Positions 53,555 to 63,799 of a DNA stretch of 64,000 nt are shown piece by piece. Each line of letters starts with the position of its first letter. Positions within the stretch are counted from its first letter, which is position 1. The position numbers and the translations under genes are program-made. The stretch is from an uncultured Verrucomicrobiae bacterium (GTDB lineage Bacteria > Verrucomicrobiota > Verrucomicrobiia > Chthoniobacterales > JAFAMB01), in assembly GCA_963762565.1 (NCBI GenBank), contig CAVXLD010000008.1, positions 36,662 through 100,661 of the forward strand, written 5' to 3'. The notes beneath the pieces were generated by a model, which worked only from the letters and a program-made list of their open reading frames with translations, was not told the origin of the DNA and made no database searches.

Positions 53555-53793
53555 CTCAAGCGTTGGCTCCGTTTGCGTCTTCTTCAGCCATTTTCGTCCT
53601 GTCACTTTCGCCCAATAATGAACGAGCGGCAACGAAAGCCGAATCCACCTTGGCGCTGAGTGTTTGTCTAACCCCAACGCTGAGCCGCTTTGCCGCTTAC
53701 GCTGCGCCCGCTGATCGGTAGCCGGCAGCTTTAGCTAACAATAGGCGTGGGCCCGTCCTAGCCCCGGGGGGGAGAATAGGGGTCGAGTCTATA

Positions 53794-55125
53794 GGGCGTG
53801 TTGCCCAATTAATAACCATTATAGTATTGCTTTGCTGGTTACAGATTTGATAGTGTATTGTTCCCATGATGGACGAAGAAGACTCGCAGGTTCCGATCTG
53901 GAGCTATCGGGTCAATTTAGATAAGCGGGTGCGGGACGATCATCCACTGCGGCGGATCAGGGCGGCGTTAGATTTGAGTTTTGTGCGTAAGGAGGTAGCG
54001 CACACTTATGGGCGAAGAGGCAACAAGTCGGTTCCGCCCGAAGTGATTGTCCGGATGATGTTGTTGTTATTCTTGGATGATATCAAGAGCGAGCGGGAGC
54101 TGATGCGCATCATCCCTGAACGGCTGGATTACCTTTGGTTTCTTGGCTATGGGCTAGACGATCAGATTCCCGACCACAGTGTGTTGAGCAAGGCGCGCAA
54201 GCGCTGGGGTAAAGAAGTGTTTGTCTCGCTATTTAGCCGGGTAGTGCAGCAGTGCGTGGAGGCTGGTCTGGTAGAAGGCCGTAAGATCCACATGGATGCG
54301 AGCCTAGTGGAGGCCGATGCCAATCTGGGTTCAGTTAAGCCCCTGTCTGCGGAGACGCTCAATGCCATCGAGCAAACTGCCAAAGAGCAAGTGCAAAAGC
54401 TCGATGAACCCGACCAAGACCAAGATCCGCCATCAGGGGACAGCGGCAGCGGCGGTTCTGCCATTGGCCAATACTCCAAAACCAATCGCCAGTTCCGCAG
54501 TACGACCGACCCGGATGCGACTCTAGTTCGACACGCCGGCCTAAAGAGCCGCTTACGCTATAAGACTCATCGAGTAGTCGACGATGCCCATGAGATCATC
54601 ACCGCCGTAGAGACCACCACCGGTGCGGTCGACGAAGCCTCGCAACTGTTGAGGCTCATTGAAGCTCATGAAGATACTACCGATCAAGCAGTGCGAACTG
54701 TGATTGCTGATGCGCGTTACGGCAGCGTCAGCAACCTGATTAGCTGTCAAAAAGCGGGGATTAAAGCCCATGTGAAGCTGCTGGGGGAGTCGATCCGAGG
54801 TAAGGGACGAAGCGAGGGCATTTATTCCGACGAGCATTTTAGATACGATGCACAGACTAATACCTATCTCTGTCCCGCCAAGCAGATCATGAAAGCCAGG
54901 CGCTTACACCCCAAGCGCTTGACCTGGGAATATGTCACCGCCAAGGGGACCTGTTTAGTGTGCAAGCTGCGCGCCTTGTGCACTCGTTCCCGCACCGGAC
55001 GCACCATTCACCGCCATCGGGATCAAGCCTGGTTAGAAAAGGCTCGCAAAATTGCTAACTCCAAGGCTGCTAAAGCCGACCTTAAACGCCGCCAACATCT
55101 CATGGAAAGGAGCTTTGCCGACGCT
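53794..55125 (+). mobile_element. IS1182-family element, left end present, right end deleted
   Basis: GGGCGTGTTGCCCAA end-like motif 72 nt upstream of the transposase; no matching right end. Confidence 0.75.
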
Positions 55126-55128
55126 TAA
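53866..55128 (+). pseudogene. IS1182-family DDE transposase, C-terminally truncated
   Basis: DHPLRRI, PDHSVLSKAR.RWG, HMDAS, TDPDA, IADARYG, CxxC..C, ends abruptly at ERSFADA. Confidence 0.9.
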
Positions 55129-55666
55129 GCTCAAAATGCTCGATCAAACGCCTGGCGAAATAATAACGGCACTACGCGGCGGCGAAATTGATCTGGCCTT
55201 AACGGTTGGTGGCGCGGGTCTCCTGTCGCGCGATTTTTATACCCAGAAATTAGCGAGTGTACCGAGTTTGGTTACGCTGCCTCTTGAACACCCGCTGGCT
55301 TCTGAAAAGCAAATTTCAATTTCCAAGTTAAAAACAGAGTCCTTCGTTCAGGTACCGGAGAGTGTCGGGCCGGGATATAACCAAAGAATCGCCCGGTTCT
55401 GCCTGCGATTTGGCAAATTTCGTCCCCGCTTTGTTTCGATTGGAGTAGGAAACAGCCTGGAGGAAGGACTGGTGATTTCGGCGAATGAAGGGGCGGTTTC
55501 GTTGCAACCGAGCTTTATTTCGCACCTGCGCATCCCGAACGTGGTGATGGTTCCGATCGCCGAAAAGCGAGCCACATGGGATTTATTCATCGCATGGCAA
55601 AGAGGGAGAATGTCCAACCCTTTGCGTGCCTTGCTGGACAGTTTTCAACTCAAAAAGTCTTTTTGA
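55125..55666 (+). pseudogene. LysR substrate-binding domain fragment lacking the HTH
   Basis: LKLKMLDQTPGEIITALRGGEIDLAL..HPLA..FRPR..GAVSL.P fused directly to the IS truncation. Confidence 0.8.
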
Positions 55667-55845
55667 GGGGACAGGTCAACAGTTAATAGACACCAGGGAG
55701 ATTCGCAAATGGGGACAGGTCATTTATGTCCGGTGGTGCTACCAACCACACTGGCTCGTTTGTCCGGCACGCTCGCTTAATGCATTTGACCCGCGCCTTG
55801 CACGACGGCCTCAAAACAGTTGAGCTGTCCCTATCCGATACTCGG

Positions 55846-56673
55846 CTAAGATGTTGCACCGTGGTGCCCGAAGTGGCAGAGCCGGGCTTCGGCGGGCCGA
55901 TGACGCTGCAGATGTTTGTAGCGCAGGACCAACACCGCGAGCCCGGCACCAAGCATGGGGCCAAGCCAGTAGATCCACCAACCCTGCCATGTCGGGGCAA
56001 CCAGTTCCGGCCCAAAAGATCGCGCCGGGTTCGCGCTCGCGCCGGATAGGGGCGCTTCCAGCCACGTGAGTATCGCGAACAGCGGTGGGTTAACTAGAGG
56101 CGTGAATGGCTGGGTCGCCTTGTGTGCTGCAAAAACAAAAATCAGGAAGACCAGCAGAAACGTGCAGAGTGCTTCGCCGGTAATCGGCAGCCAGTTCGGG
56201 ACACCTGTAGCCGGCACCGAGGCGCCCCACGTATCGCTGGCGCCGGTTGCACCCCAGACGAGAAGAGCGATTGACCCGAATGCAGCCCCGATCAGCTGCG
56301 CCAGAAGGTAAAAGCTCGCATCACGCCAGAGAAGTTTGCCTTCCAACCAAAAAGCGAATGTTACCGCAGGGTTAATGTGGGCCCCGCTCATGCGTCCTAT
56401 AGGCGAAAAAGCGATCGCGGCTCCAATGGATCCGAACAGGAATCCCGTGATCAGCCTGCGTACGCCGGGTGAAATCGGGAGAGACGCGAATGGTGCGTCG
56501 TGGCCCCACATCGCGATGACGATCGACAGCCCAAGAAATACCAGCAGGGCCGTTCCCGCAAACTCCGCTGCGTACATGCGCGGATGCAATTTATCAAACG
56601 GATGCGGCATGCCACGCAGCGGGCGATCGACTTTGGTTGAAGCACCGTTGCTCGCTTCCTTCTCCCTCTGCAT
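55846..56673 (-). CDS. Aquaporin / MIP family channel
   Basis: AEFAGT, SGAHINPAVT and ANPARSFGP motifs. Confidence 0.95.
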   Translation of the reverse strand: MQREKEASNGASTKVDRPLRGMPHPFDKLHPRMYAAEFAGTALLVFLGLSIVIAMWGHDAPFASLPISPGVRRLITGFLFGSIGAAIAFSPIGRMSGAHINPAVTFAFWLEGKLLWRDASFYLLAQLIGAAFGSIALLVWGATGASDTWGASVPATGVPNWLPITGEALCTFLLVFLIFVFAAHKATQPFTPLVNPPLFAILTWLEAPLSGASANPARSFGPELVAPTWQGWWIYWLGPMLGAGLAVLVLRYKHLQRHRPAEARLCHFGHHGATS

Positions 56674-56733
56674 CCCGGGTTCCACGGTTTGGACTCATAA
56701 GCCATCGCGGAGGCCAGTCAAGAACCTGAACTT

Positions 56734-56885
56734 GGGGACAGGTCAATAATCGCTAAAGAGAATGGGACAAACGCGTGCCGTGCACCTTATTACGCTCTCA
56801 GTAGCAACAATTGACCTGTCCCCTCATAGGCCTTCCGTGTTACGCTCTCAGTAGCAACAATTGACCTGTCCCCTCATAGGCCTTC
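56734..56885. repeat. GGGGACAGGTCAAT...ATTGACCTGTCCCC MITE-like element plus a 46-bp tandem duplication (period 50)
   Basis: Inverted 14-mers at 56734 and 56810; 56790-56835 repeated at 56840-56885; further copies at 55667 and 55711. Confidence 0.85.
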
Positions 56886-56904
56886 GCTGCATATCAGCAG
56901 CCAC

Positions 56905-56976
56905 ATCGACATCGACCGCTGTCCAGTTCAGAACCTCGGGACCGCCCGTCTGCCGAATTTGCATCGTATGAGGCAT
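56905..56976 (-). pseudogene. N-terminal fragment of a quinone oxidoreductase (Qor-like)
   Basis: MPHTMQIRQTGGPEVLNWTAVDV then breaks off. Confidence 0.7.
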
Positions 56977-56988
56977 ACAGATTTCCGC

Positions 56989-57136
56989 AAAAACATGAAC
57001 TTTCTGACATTTGATGCAAGACAGAACATTCTACCACTTCATTATTATCGCGATTATAGTACCATTGGAGCACGATTCTGTTATTCGTCGGGAGAACGCT
57101 TTAGGAGACCTCCATGCTCGAAGATTTACGCGCCCT
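56989..57136. promoter_or_regulatory. LysR divergent control region, copy 1 of 3
   Basis: ttcattattatc.cgattatagt..gcacgattctg.ta.tcgtc.g..aacgctttaggag repeated at 59137-59255 and 59832-59962. Confidence 0.8.
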
Positions 57137-58070
57137 GGTAGAGTTCGCCCATGCCGGGTCCATCGCCGGTGCAGCCGATCGTCTATTCCGGACGCCCTCT
57201 GCGATTACCCGGCAAGTGCAAAGGCTGGAGGCTGCATTGGGTGCCGAGTTGCTCGACCGCTCGGTAAAGCCGCCGCGTCTGAACTCGCTTGGCTCCAGGG
57301 TACTCGAACAAGCGCGAGATCTGCTGCAGCGGACCGATGCGCTGAAATCTCTTACGTCGAGCGACGCCGAACCTCACGGCCTTTTGCGCATCGGGCTCTC
57401 GCATGCCCTGGTCGAGGGGACGCTTATCGAACCTATTCAGGCGCTGACTGAGAAATACCCCAAGGTCCGACTGCGGCTGTCGAGCGAACTAACCGGTGAA
57501 TTAATTCACCGGCTGCTTGCGGGTGAACTCGACGTTGCTGCCGTGCTGTTGCCCGAAGGTAGAACCGCGCCTCCACCTCTTCTGACGAATATCATCGCTC
57601 GCGACCGCATGGAGATCGTTCAAGGCGCCGAAGGCAGCGTTGACGGTGATTGGAAAAGTTTGGGCCGAGCACCCTGGGTGCTCAATCCGCCCGGGTGCTT
57701 TCTTCGGGCGAGCCTCATCGATCGGATGGAGCGTGCCGGCTTCACCCCAATGATTGCGGCTGAAATCCACAACATGCATATGCAGCTGGCGTTCGTTCAG
57801 TCCGGTTATGGTGTCGGGCTGCTACCCGCTCGCTTTATTGCCAGGAATCATTCTATCGATCCCGTGAAAGTATTGCATCTCCCGTCGTTTGACCTGCACC
57901 GATCCGTCGCGATAGTTCGGGTTGGGCAACTCGGCGCCTTGGGGAAGGCCGTCGAACTGTTGGCACACGGGTTTCGGCAATTGTTTGAGGCAGCCGACAC
58001 CACGAAGTCCGTGACGAGGCACCGAAGAGGTGTGCCCGCGAATCGGCGGGCGGCGCGACCGCCCAAATAG
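57114..58070 (+). CDS. LysR family transcriptional regulator
   Basis: GSIAGAADRLFRTPSAITRQVQRLE..LG..LLDR HTH; RBS aggag. Confidence 0.95.
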   Translation: MLEDLRALVEFAHAGSIAGAADRLFRTPSAITRQVQRLEAALGAELLDRSVKPPRLNSLGSRVLEQARDLLQRTDALKSLTSSDAEPHGLLRIGLSHALVEGTLIEPIQALTEKYPKVRLRLSSELTGELIHRLLAGELDVAAVLLPEGRTAPPPLLTNIIARDRMEIVQGAEGSVDGDWKSLGRAPWVLNPPGCFLRASLIDRMERAGFTPMIAAEIHNMHMQLAFVQSGYGVGLLPARFIARNHSIDPVKVLHLPSFDLHRSVAIVRVGQLGALGKAVELLAHGFRQLFEAADTTKSVTRHRRGVPANRRAARPPK

Positions 58071-58168
58071 TCACGCAAGGTCCTCCACTCGTGAACAAGT
58101 CGTCTCTAAGAACAAGCGAGTTACAGATGGCAATCACGAACGCGTGCTCTTTGAACACTATAACAATT

Positions 58169-58606
58169 TCATTTTAAAATAAGTTCACGAATCAATTCAG
58201 TGCCCAGAACTTTTCTGTATTCATTCCGGCCCACTCTGGCCTTGTTCTGAACCTCGGTGCTACCGATTACTTTCTTGGCCACTGCTTCTAGCTCGATGCC
58301 TTTATCTAAAGCCGCCATGTTTTCATAAGTGATCCACAAAAATATATTGGGCTGATCCGGTGATTTTGGATTGGCCCTGAAGACCTTGTAATCGATGATC
58401 AGCCCAGCTTTCTTCGTGGCTTCCATGGTCGGCTTCCATGTCGAATTTAGCCAATCGATGTACTCTTCAAATCTCCCGTACTCAACTCGTATGTAGTCCA
58501 CCTCAGTGACCGGGCCATCAGTATACGCGCGCTCATCCTGGGCACGTGCATTAAGCGAAAGGGAGGAAGCTGCGAGACACATAGATAAGATAATAGTCTT
58601 AATCAT
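58169..58606 (-). CDS. Secreted hypothetical protein (dimeric alpha-beta barrel-like)
   Basis: Signal peptide then GPVTEVDYIRV..KKAGLIIDYKV..ELIRELILK. Confidence 0.7.
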   Translation of the reverse strand: MIKTIILSMCLAASSLSLNARAQDERAYTDGPVTEVDYIRVEYGRFEEYIDWLNSTWKPTMEATKKAGLIIDYKVFRANPKSPDQPNIFLWITYENMAALDKGIELEAVAKKVIGSTEVQNKARVGRNEYRKVLGTELIRELILK

Positions 58607-58716
58607 TTTCTCTTCACTGTTGTGATGCATCCAGATTTCCGCAGGAGTTTTCCTTTCCTACATTAACGTAAGGCATTTGCTATTGTCCTTTCTGGAACTC
58701 GTTGTAGTTCGCGGTC

Positions 58717-59097
58717 CTAGACGGCGTACTGGGCTTCGCCATTGCCGAAAGACCAGTTCTCTTTCTTAACCTCGATAAGATTGATAAAAACGTCTTCGCG
58801 ACGGAGCCCGACAGCCGTGTGCAGGCCGTCGGCAATGGCTTGGTAGAGCGCCTTTTTCTGTTCCGTGCTCCGTCCGTCGTTCCAGGTGATTTGTATAATA
58901 ACGAGGTCATCGCTGCGGTGGACACCGATATAATCGGGATCAAATAAGAACTTGTCGTCCTCGTGTTCACTAATCACCTGGAATCGGTCGTTCTTGGGCA
59001 CCCCAACACCGATGAGTGCTTCATAGACAACGCGGCCGATTTCACGCCGGTAGGTAGAGTCCTTGCCTTTACGAATATCAATACGAACAAGTGGCAT
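58717..59097 (-). CDS. Tautomerase family protein (MSAD/YusQ-like)
   Basis: N-terminal Pro (MPLVRI), DRFQVI, GRSTEQKKALY, ENWSFGNGEAQY. Confidence 0.93.
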   Translation of the reverse strand: MPLVRIDIRKGKDSTYRREIGRVVYEALIGVGVPKNDRFQVISEHEDDKFLFDPDYIGVHRSDDLVIIQITWNDGRSTEQKKALYQAIADGLHTAVGLRREDVFINLIEVKKENWSFGNGEAQYAV

Positions 59098-59136
59098 AAA
59101 CTTTTTCTGGTAATCGCTGTGTCAGTTCCTCTGTCA

Positions 59137-59255
59137 AAAACATGAATTCCCTAACATTCTGATGCACGACAGAAAATTACACAAATTCATTATTATCACG
59201 ATTATAGTACCATCTGCGCACGATTCTGTTACTCGTCGGGAGAACGCTTTAGGAG
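59137..59255. repeat. LysR control region, copy 2
   Basis: High similarity to 56989-57108. Confidence 0.85.
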
Positions 59256-59344
59256 CTCCTATCCGACCCTCATCATCATCGTCGAACTGAAAACATCGAC
59301 GATGTGAAATGTGTACTTCACAAGATCACCCTCCGGGCGTCGCC

Positions 59345-59725
59345 TCAAGCTTTGACGACGAGGTCGATCTCAACGCAGGCCCCTAGCGGCAGCGCGGCCA
59401 CCGCGATCGTCGTGCGGGCGGGAAAGGGCTGGGTGAAATGCTTGGCGTAGATGACATTCATCGCGCCGAAGTCACTCATGTTCGTGAGATACACGCCGGC
59501 GCGAGCAACGTGATCGAAACTCTTGCCGGCCGCCTTGAGAACCGCCGAGAGATTTCGGAAGATGCGCTCTGTCTCGGCCACAATACCCCCCTCGACCACC
59601 TTGCCAGTGGCCGGGTCTTGGCCAACCTGACCGCTGAAGTAGAGGAAACCACCGACTTCGATCGCCTGGGAAAACGGGCCGACCGGCGGCGCAAGTTCGG
59701 GCGAGGTAATTGCTGTCTTGTTCAT
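59345..59725 (-). CDS. RidA/YjgF enamine deaminase family protein
   Basis: PVGPFSQA, SGQ, MN..Y, PART..VAALP..VEID. Confidence 0.95.
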   Translation of the reverse strand: MNKTAITSPELAPPVGPFSQAIEVGGFLYFSGQVGQDPATGKVVEGGIVAETERIFRNLSAVLKAAGKSFDHVARAGVYLTNMSDFGAMNVIYAKHFTQPFPARTTIAVAALPLGACVEIDLVVKA

Positions 59726-59748
59726 GGAAAACTCCTTTGCATACTGGG

Positions 59749-59832
59749 TTAGATGGTCAGGATGGTGGAGCCCGAGGTTGCGCGCGCTTCCAATGTTTTG
59801 TGGGCGTCTGCAGCATCCTTGAGCGCGAAGGC
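59749..59832 (-). pseudogene. C-terminal fragment of a quinone oxidoreductase (Qor-like)
   Basis: FALKDAADAHKTLEARATSGSTILTI*. Confidence 0.75.
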
Positions 59833-59962
59833 ATTCTGAAGCACGACAGAAAATTACACAAATTCATTATTATCACGATTATAGTGCCCGTTGCGCACGA
59901 TTCTGCTATTCGTCAGAGAAACGCTTTAGGAGACCCCCCTTGCGCGATGATTTACGCACCCT
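59832..59962. repeat. LysR control region, copy 3, including decayed first LysR codons
   Basis: ..aacgctttaggagaccccct-tgcgcgatgatttacgcaccct vs aggagacctccatgctcgaagatttacgcgccct. Confidence 0.85.
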
Positions 59963-60201
59963 CGCGCTGCCGTCGGTGAGAACCCGCTGATCGAGCCGGC
60001 GTTTGGCTCGATGATGGTCAATTTCACGCCGCAAGCTGATTGGGTACGGGTCAACGCAACCTACAAAGCCCAAGACTCGAAACCAGGGTTGGGGACGTTG
60101 TAAATGCGGAGCCAATTCGAACAAAGACTACGGCAAATAGACCAAAAGCCTATGTCACAGGCAGCTGACTCTAATAGATTGAAACCACCTGACACAAAAC
60201 T

Positions 60202-60673
60202 ATGGAAGCGCTTGATTTATCGGTTCGACCGCCACGGAGCCCCTACGCACAAATGCAAGGTATTTATATGGTACCGCGTACTACCGACAAAATGCGGGCG
60301 CAGCTTCCTGGGGGAAAACTTGGTCCATATAGCCTGACAACCCCATTTGGCCCCGGGCTAAGCATCTTGCTTCCTGGACGGCTTGGGATTGAGTGAGAAG
60401 GACCTGTTTCAATTTGTGCGGCAGGTTCGGGTTGAAGAGGAGATTTCCGACTGGCTCGGAAGAAGCGTCGACCTGTCAAGCAAAGCCCACATAAATGAAA
60501 TGCTTCTCGGCCCGACAATTGAGGACGCGTTGAAGTTGATACCAGCGCCAATCTTCGACGGATTTTATCCTGCGGCCGAAAATATGCCGAAAGCAGCGCG
60601 AATGTTCGATGTGCTTTTAGAAGATGATCGTCTAATGTTTCCTGCTTATTTTGGCGGCGGATCGAAAATTTGA
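60202..60673 (+). CDS. DUF5069-like protein, frameshifted near 60390
   Basis: DLSVRPPRSP..PRTTDKMRAQLPGG.LG.Y..; C-terminal FDVLLEDD. Confidence 0.7.
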
Positions 60674-60819
60674 ACCTAAGGTGGGCTCAGCGATTCATTT
60701 GGCGGGAATATCGGGGGTTGAGCTAGTCGACCGCCTCTGCGAGCGCCGCGGGCATCCACCAACGATTTCTTTGGGACTCCGGGAACAACGATGTTTGGGC
60801 TACGACAAAGTGCCGAACC

Positions 60820-61600
60820 TTGTTTGGCTTTGATCCAAATGAGCCGGTTGATTTTCGGCGGTTCGTGGATCGAGTGCATGCGGAGGACCGGAAACCAATT
60901 CTGGAGGCGCTGCGCCGATCGCTCGAAACTAGAAGCGAGTATGACGTCGAAAACCGTTTAGCGATGCCGGACGGCGGCACTCGTTGGATCAGTACCCGGG
61001 GGCACCCGACTTTCGATGCCGAAAATAGAGCTGTGCGAGTGATGGGAGTAAGTATGAATATCACTGCCGCTAAGCTGTCTGAACTTCAGCTGCTCCAACA
61101 GCGCGACGAACTCGCCCATAAGCCGGCTTACCACTATCGGCCAGCTGGCGACTACCTTGGCGCACGAGCTGAACCAACCAATCGGCGCAATTCACACTAA
61201 CGCCGAGGCCGCAGAAATACTCTTAAAAAAAGGCTCGCCGGATCTCGTCGAAATTGGGGGAATCATTAGCGACATCCGTCGCGATGGCTGGCGTGCGGTG
61301 AAGTCATTCACAGGATGCGCGCCCTTCTCCGGAAGCACGAGTTCAGGCCAGAACCGGTTGATATAAAAGGTCTGATCGAAGGGGTGAGTGAATTACTCCA
61401 CGGCACCTTGATCTCGCGCAAAGCGCGCCTTCGAATCGACCTGGCGCCAGCATTGCCACTGGTTTCGGGCGACCCGGTCCACCTGCAACAGGTTTTGTTG
61501 AATCTGATCCTCAACGCCCTGGAAGCGATGATCGATTGCCCGTCGTCGGAACGCCAAGTGGTGGTTCGGGCCACGGCGAACACGGTATCGCCCGGCATCG
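60820..61600 (+). pseudogene. PAS sensor histidine kinase fragment (FixL-like)
   Basis: PAS VHAEDR..PDGGTRW; H-box AHELNQP; N-box LQQVLLNLILNA; frameshifted, G boxes missing. Confidence 0.8.
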
Positions 61601-61609
61601 TCAATACTC

Positions 61610-61782
61610 CGCGGCCAGTGGCGGCAGCTGGTGGAGACGGGGCAGGTGCCTGCCACGGAGTACCTGGAGCATGTTCGTCAGACCAGCCGCGACAATGCGC
61701 GTACCCCGATGCAGCGGAGTGCGGCTCTGCACGGCGGGTTCACCACCGGTCGACCCTGGCTGGCCGTCAACCCCAACTATGG
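61610..61782 (+). pseudogene. Internal fragment of a GH13 alpha-glucosidase
   Basis: SRDNARTPMQ..GGFTTGRPWLAVNPNY. Confidence 0.75.
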
Positions 61783-61898
61783 GAGCGGGCTCCCGGATCT
61801 TATGATCATTAGCCTGCCGGTGAACAACCGACACCTTTCTCCCCACGACCGATGTTCAACGCGCGCTCTGGACCCAAGTCATGTAAGAAATGCAGGCT

Positions 61899-63386
61899 TT
61901 ATTCGTGCACGTCGGGAGTGGTCGGAGCAGAGATTAACGGTATCGGAGCCATCTTCCCCGCCGAGATCAAGGGAAACTCGATACGGAAGAGAGCGGCTAG
62001 CATCGCAATCGAATTGTCGCTCCATAGTCCGCCGTGTTCCCAAATTATCTCTTTTGGCACGCGCACGATCCAACAAGGCACCCGAGCATTGCCGGTATAG
62101 ACAATTCGCCAACGCCGCCAAAGTTCTGGTCCCGTGGATGCAAGGGCTTGATCCGGATTATACTCACCGTTTTTGCAGAGACGATTTTCGCGACCGTCGT
62201 TATGCTCGCTGGTATAAAAAGAATAGTCTGGATGATTCTGTAAGAGATTGGCCTCGAATGCCCGGTTCTCTGCCGCCTTTAGACTAGGGGGCGGACCGGC
62301 TTCTCCAAGCGGAACTACTTTATAATTGACCAGATAGCGGTTGTTACCCGGTGTATGTGTATAAAATTCCTGTTCAGACACTTTTTCTCCATGGTGGCCG
62401 GGCACCGATACTTTTTGCCAGTGAAACTGCAGAGCTATCTTATTATAAAATCCGGTGCCGATGGGAAAAAATGTCCCGGTTGCTGAATCGTTTTCGGATT
62501 GAAAGAAGACCAGAAACGGCCGGTTTTCAGGGACGGGCGTGGCGTTTCCCGCACCTGGGGTGCGGCTGACGTAAGCATGGCGGGCTGGGTCATACCTGTA
62601 AAGGTAGTCTAGTTGTTTCATCAACTGTCGCGTACTGATGGAACTGTCGGCCGAATTAAAGGTCACCGCCATGTCCCATGGATTAACAACGCGAGCGCCG
62701 GTACCGGTAGCGTCAAGAATGGAATGCGTGATCGTATTTCCAAGTATCAACCCACCAAAGGAATGACCGATTAGGATGCAACTATGTACTTTCTTGCTTG
62801 GATCCCGAGCTGCCAACGCGAGCTCGTCGAGCGTTGCCAGGCAGGTGACCTGAGATGCGATCTCTGCAGCCGTGGCCTTGCGGCTATAGAATGTCAGTAA
62901 GTTCAGGCCAGGGAATGTGAGGTCACGGCCGTGCCAAGCCATATAAACACCAATCACATTCACTTTTCCGCCGGTGCCCTGGGGAAACCTTGATATCGTA
63001 TCGAGGAAGTGCTCGAAGCGGCAGACGTCACCTGACTCGGCATTATTTTGCCAGCCGTGAATGTAAACGAAAAGCACTGGACGTTCCGCTTGGTGAATCA
63101 ATTCGAGAGCGGTCTTTATTTGTGTATTATCTAAAGCTGAGCCTTGATCACCGAATTCAATAAAAGCCAACCTATAGCGTCCGTCCTTCGGTCCTCGGAC
63201 TGAGTTAAATGGGTTTCCGGCAGTATCCGGGTGAAATGGGCCGAACGAAGCGCAACTTGCCAGCAGGATCGCGAAGGCGGGTGTAACAAAGAGCAGAAAA
63301 AAGGTAATCGACCATCGATCGGTCCAGCTTACTCGGTTATGCTTCGTCCGTGCGATGTTCCGAACTGTTGGCAAACTTGCTAGCAT
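61899..63386 (-). CDS. Secreted/lipoprotein alpha/beta-hydrolase-fold protein
   Basis: LASC lipobox, FIEFGDQG, YIHGWQNN, nucleophile GHSFGG. Confidence 0.75.
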   Translation of the reverse strand: MLASLPTVRNIARTKHNRVSWTDRWSITFFLLFVTPAFAILLASCASFGPFHPDTAGNPFNSVRGPKDGRYRLAFIEFGDQGSALDNTQIKTALELIHQAERPVLFVYIHGWQNNAESGDVCRFEHFLDTISRFPQGTGGKVNVIGVYMAWHGRDLTFPGLNLLTFYSRKATAAEIASQVTCLATLDELALAARDPSKKVHSCILIGHSFGGLILGNTITHSILDATGTGARVVNPWDMAVTFNSADSSISTRQLMKQLDYLYRYDPARHAYVSRTPGAGNATPVPENRPFLVFFQSENDSATGTFFPIGTGFYNKIALQFHWQKVSVPGHHGEKVSEQEFYTHTPGNNRYLVNYKVVPLGEAGPPPSLKAAENRAFEANLLQNHPDYSFYTSEHNDGRENRLCKNGEYNPDQALASTGPELWRRWRIVYTGNARVPCWIVRVPKEIIWEHGGLWSDNSIAMLAALFRIEFPLISAGKMAPIPLISAPTTPDVHE

Positions 63387-63799
63387 GATTTCTCCGGAGA
63401 ATATCCGTTTCTGTCGCCGATCGAGTTCCGACCCGATATCAGCCACCAGCTATCAAGGCGAGACAAACAGATTGGACAACTTTTGTCTATCCAATTGGGA
63501 AAGGCTTGGTTCTTAAAGTTTCCGGCTTGAACGTTCAGCAGAATTCAAAAAGCGGGCGGCACGAGATGGAATAGATGGTTGAAAGTCCCGCATCGCGAAG
63601 CCGCCGCTTCAGCATCGCCCAAGCATCTTTGCGTGAGCGTCCATCGACCCCGAGCTCGCGCGATCTGCCACGACTAGATCGGAAAGGGGGCTGGCGGGTT
63701 GTTCTGAGTTCCGAGGCAGTAAAAGCAGCGCAATCGGGGGACGAATCGGCACCGATGATGGGGTGTCTTGGGAATTAATTTCCATCACCTCGAATACGC

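Noticed and set aside
56790..56885. Mini CRISPR array
   Set aside because: Only two 46-bp units separated by 4 nt, no spacers and no cas genes.
56989..59962. Integron attC cassette array
   Set aside because: The repeats are direct copies of a promoter region including LysR start codons, lack RYYYAAC/GTTRRRY ends, and no integrase is present.
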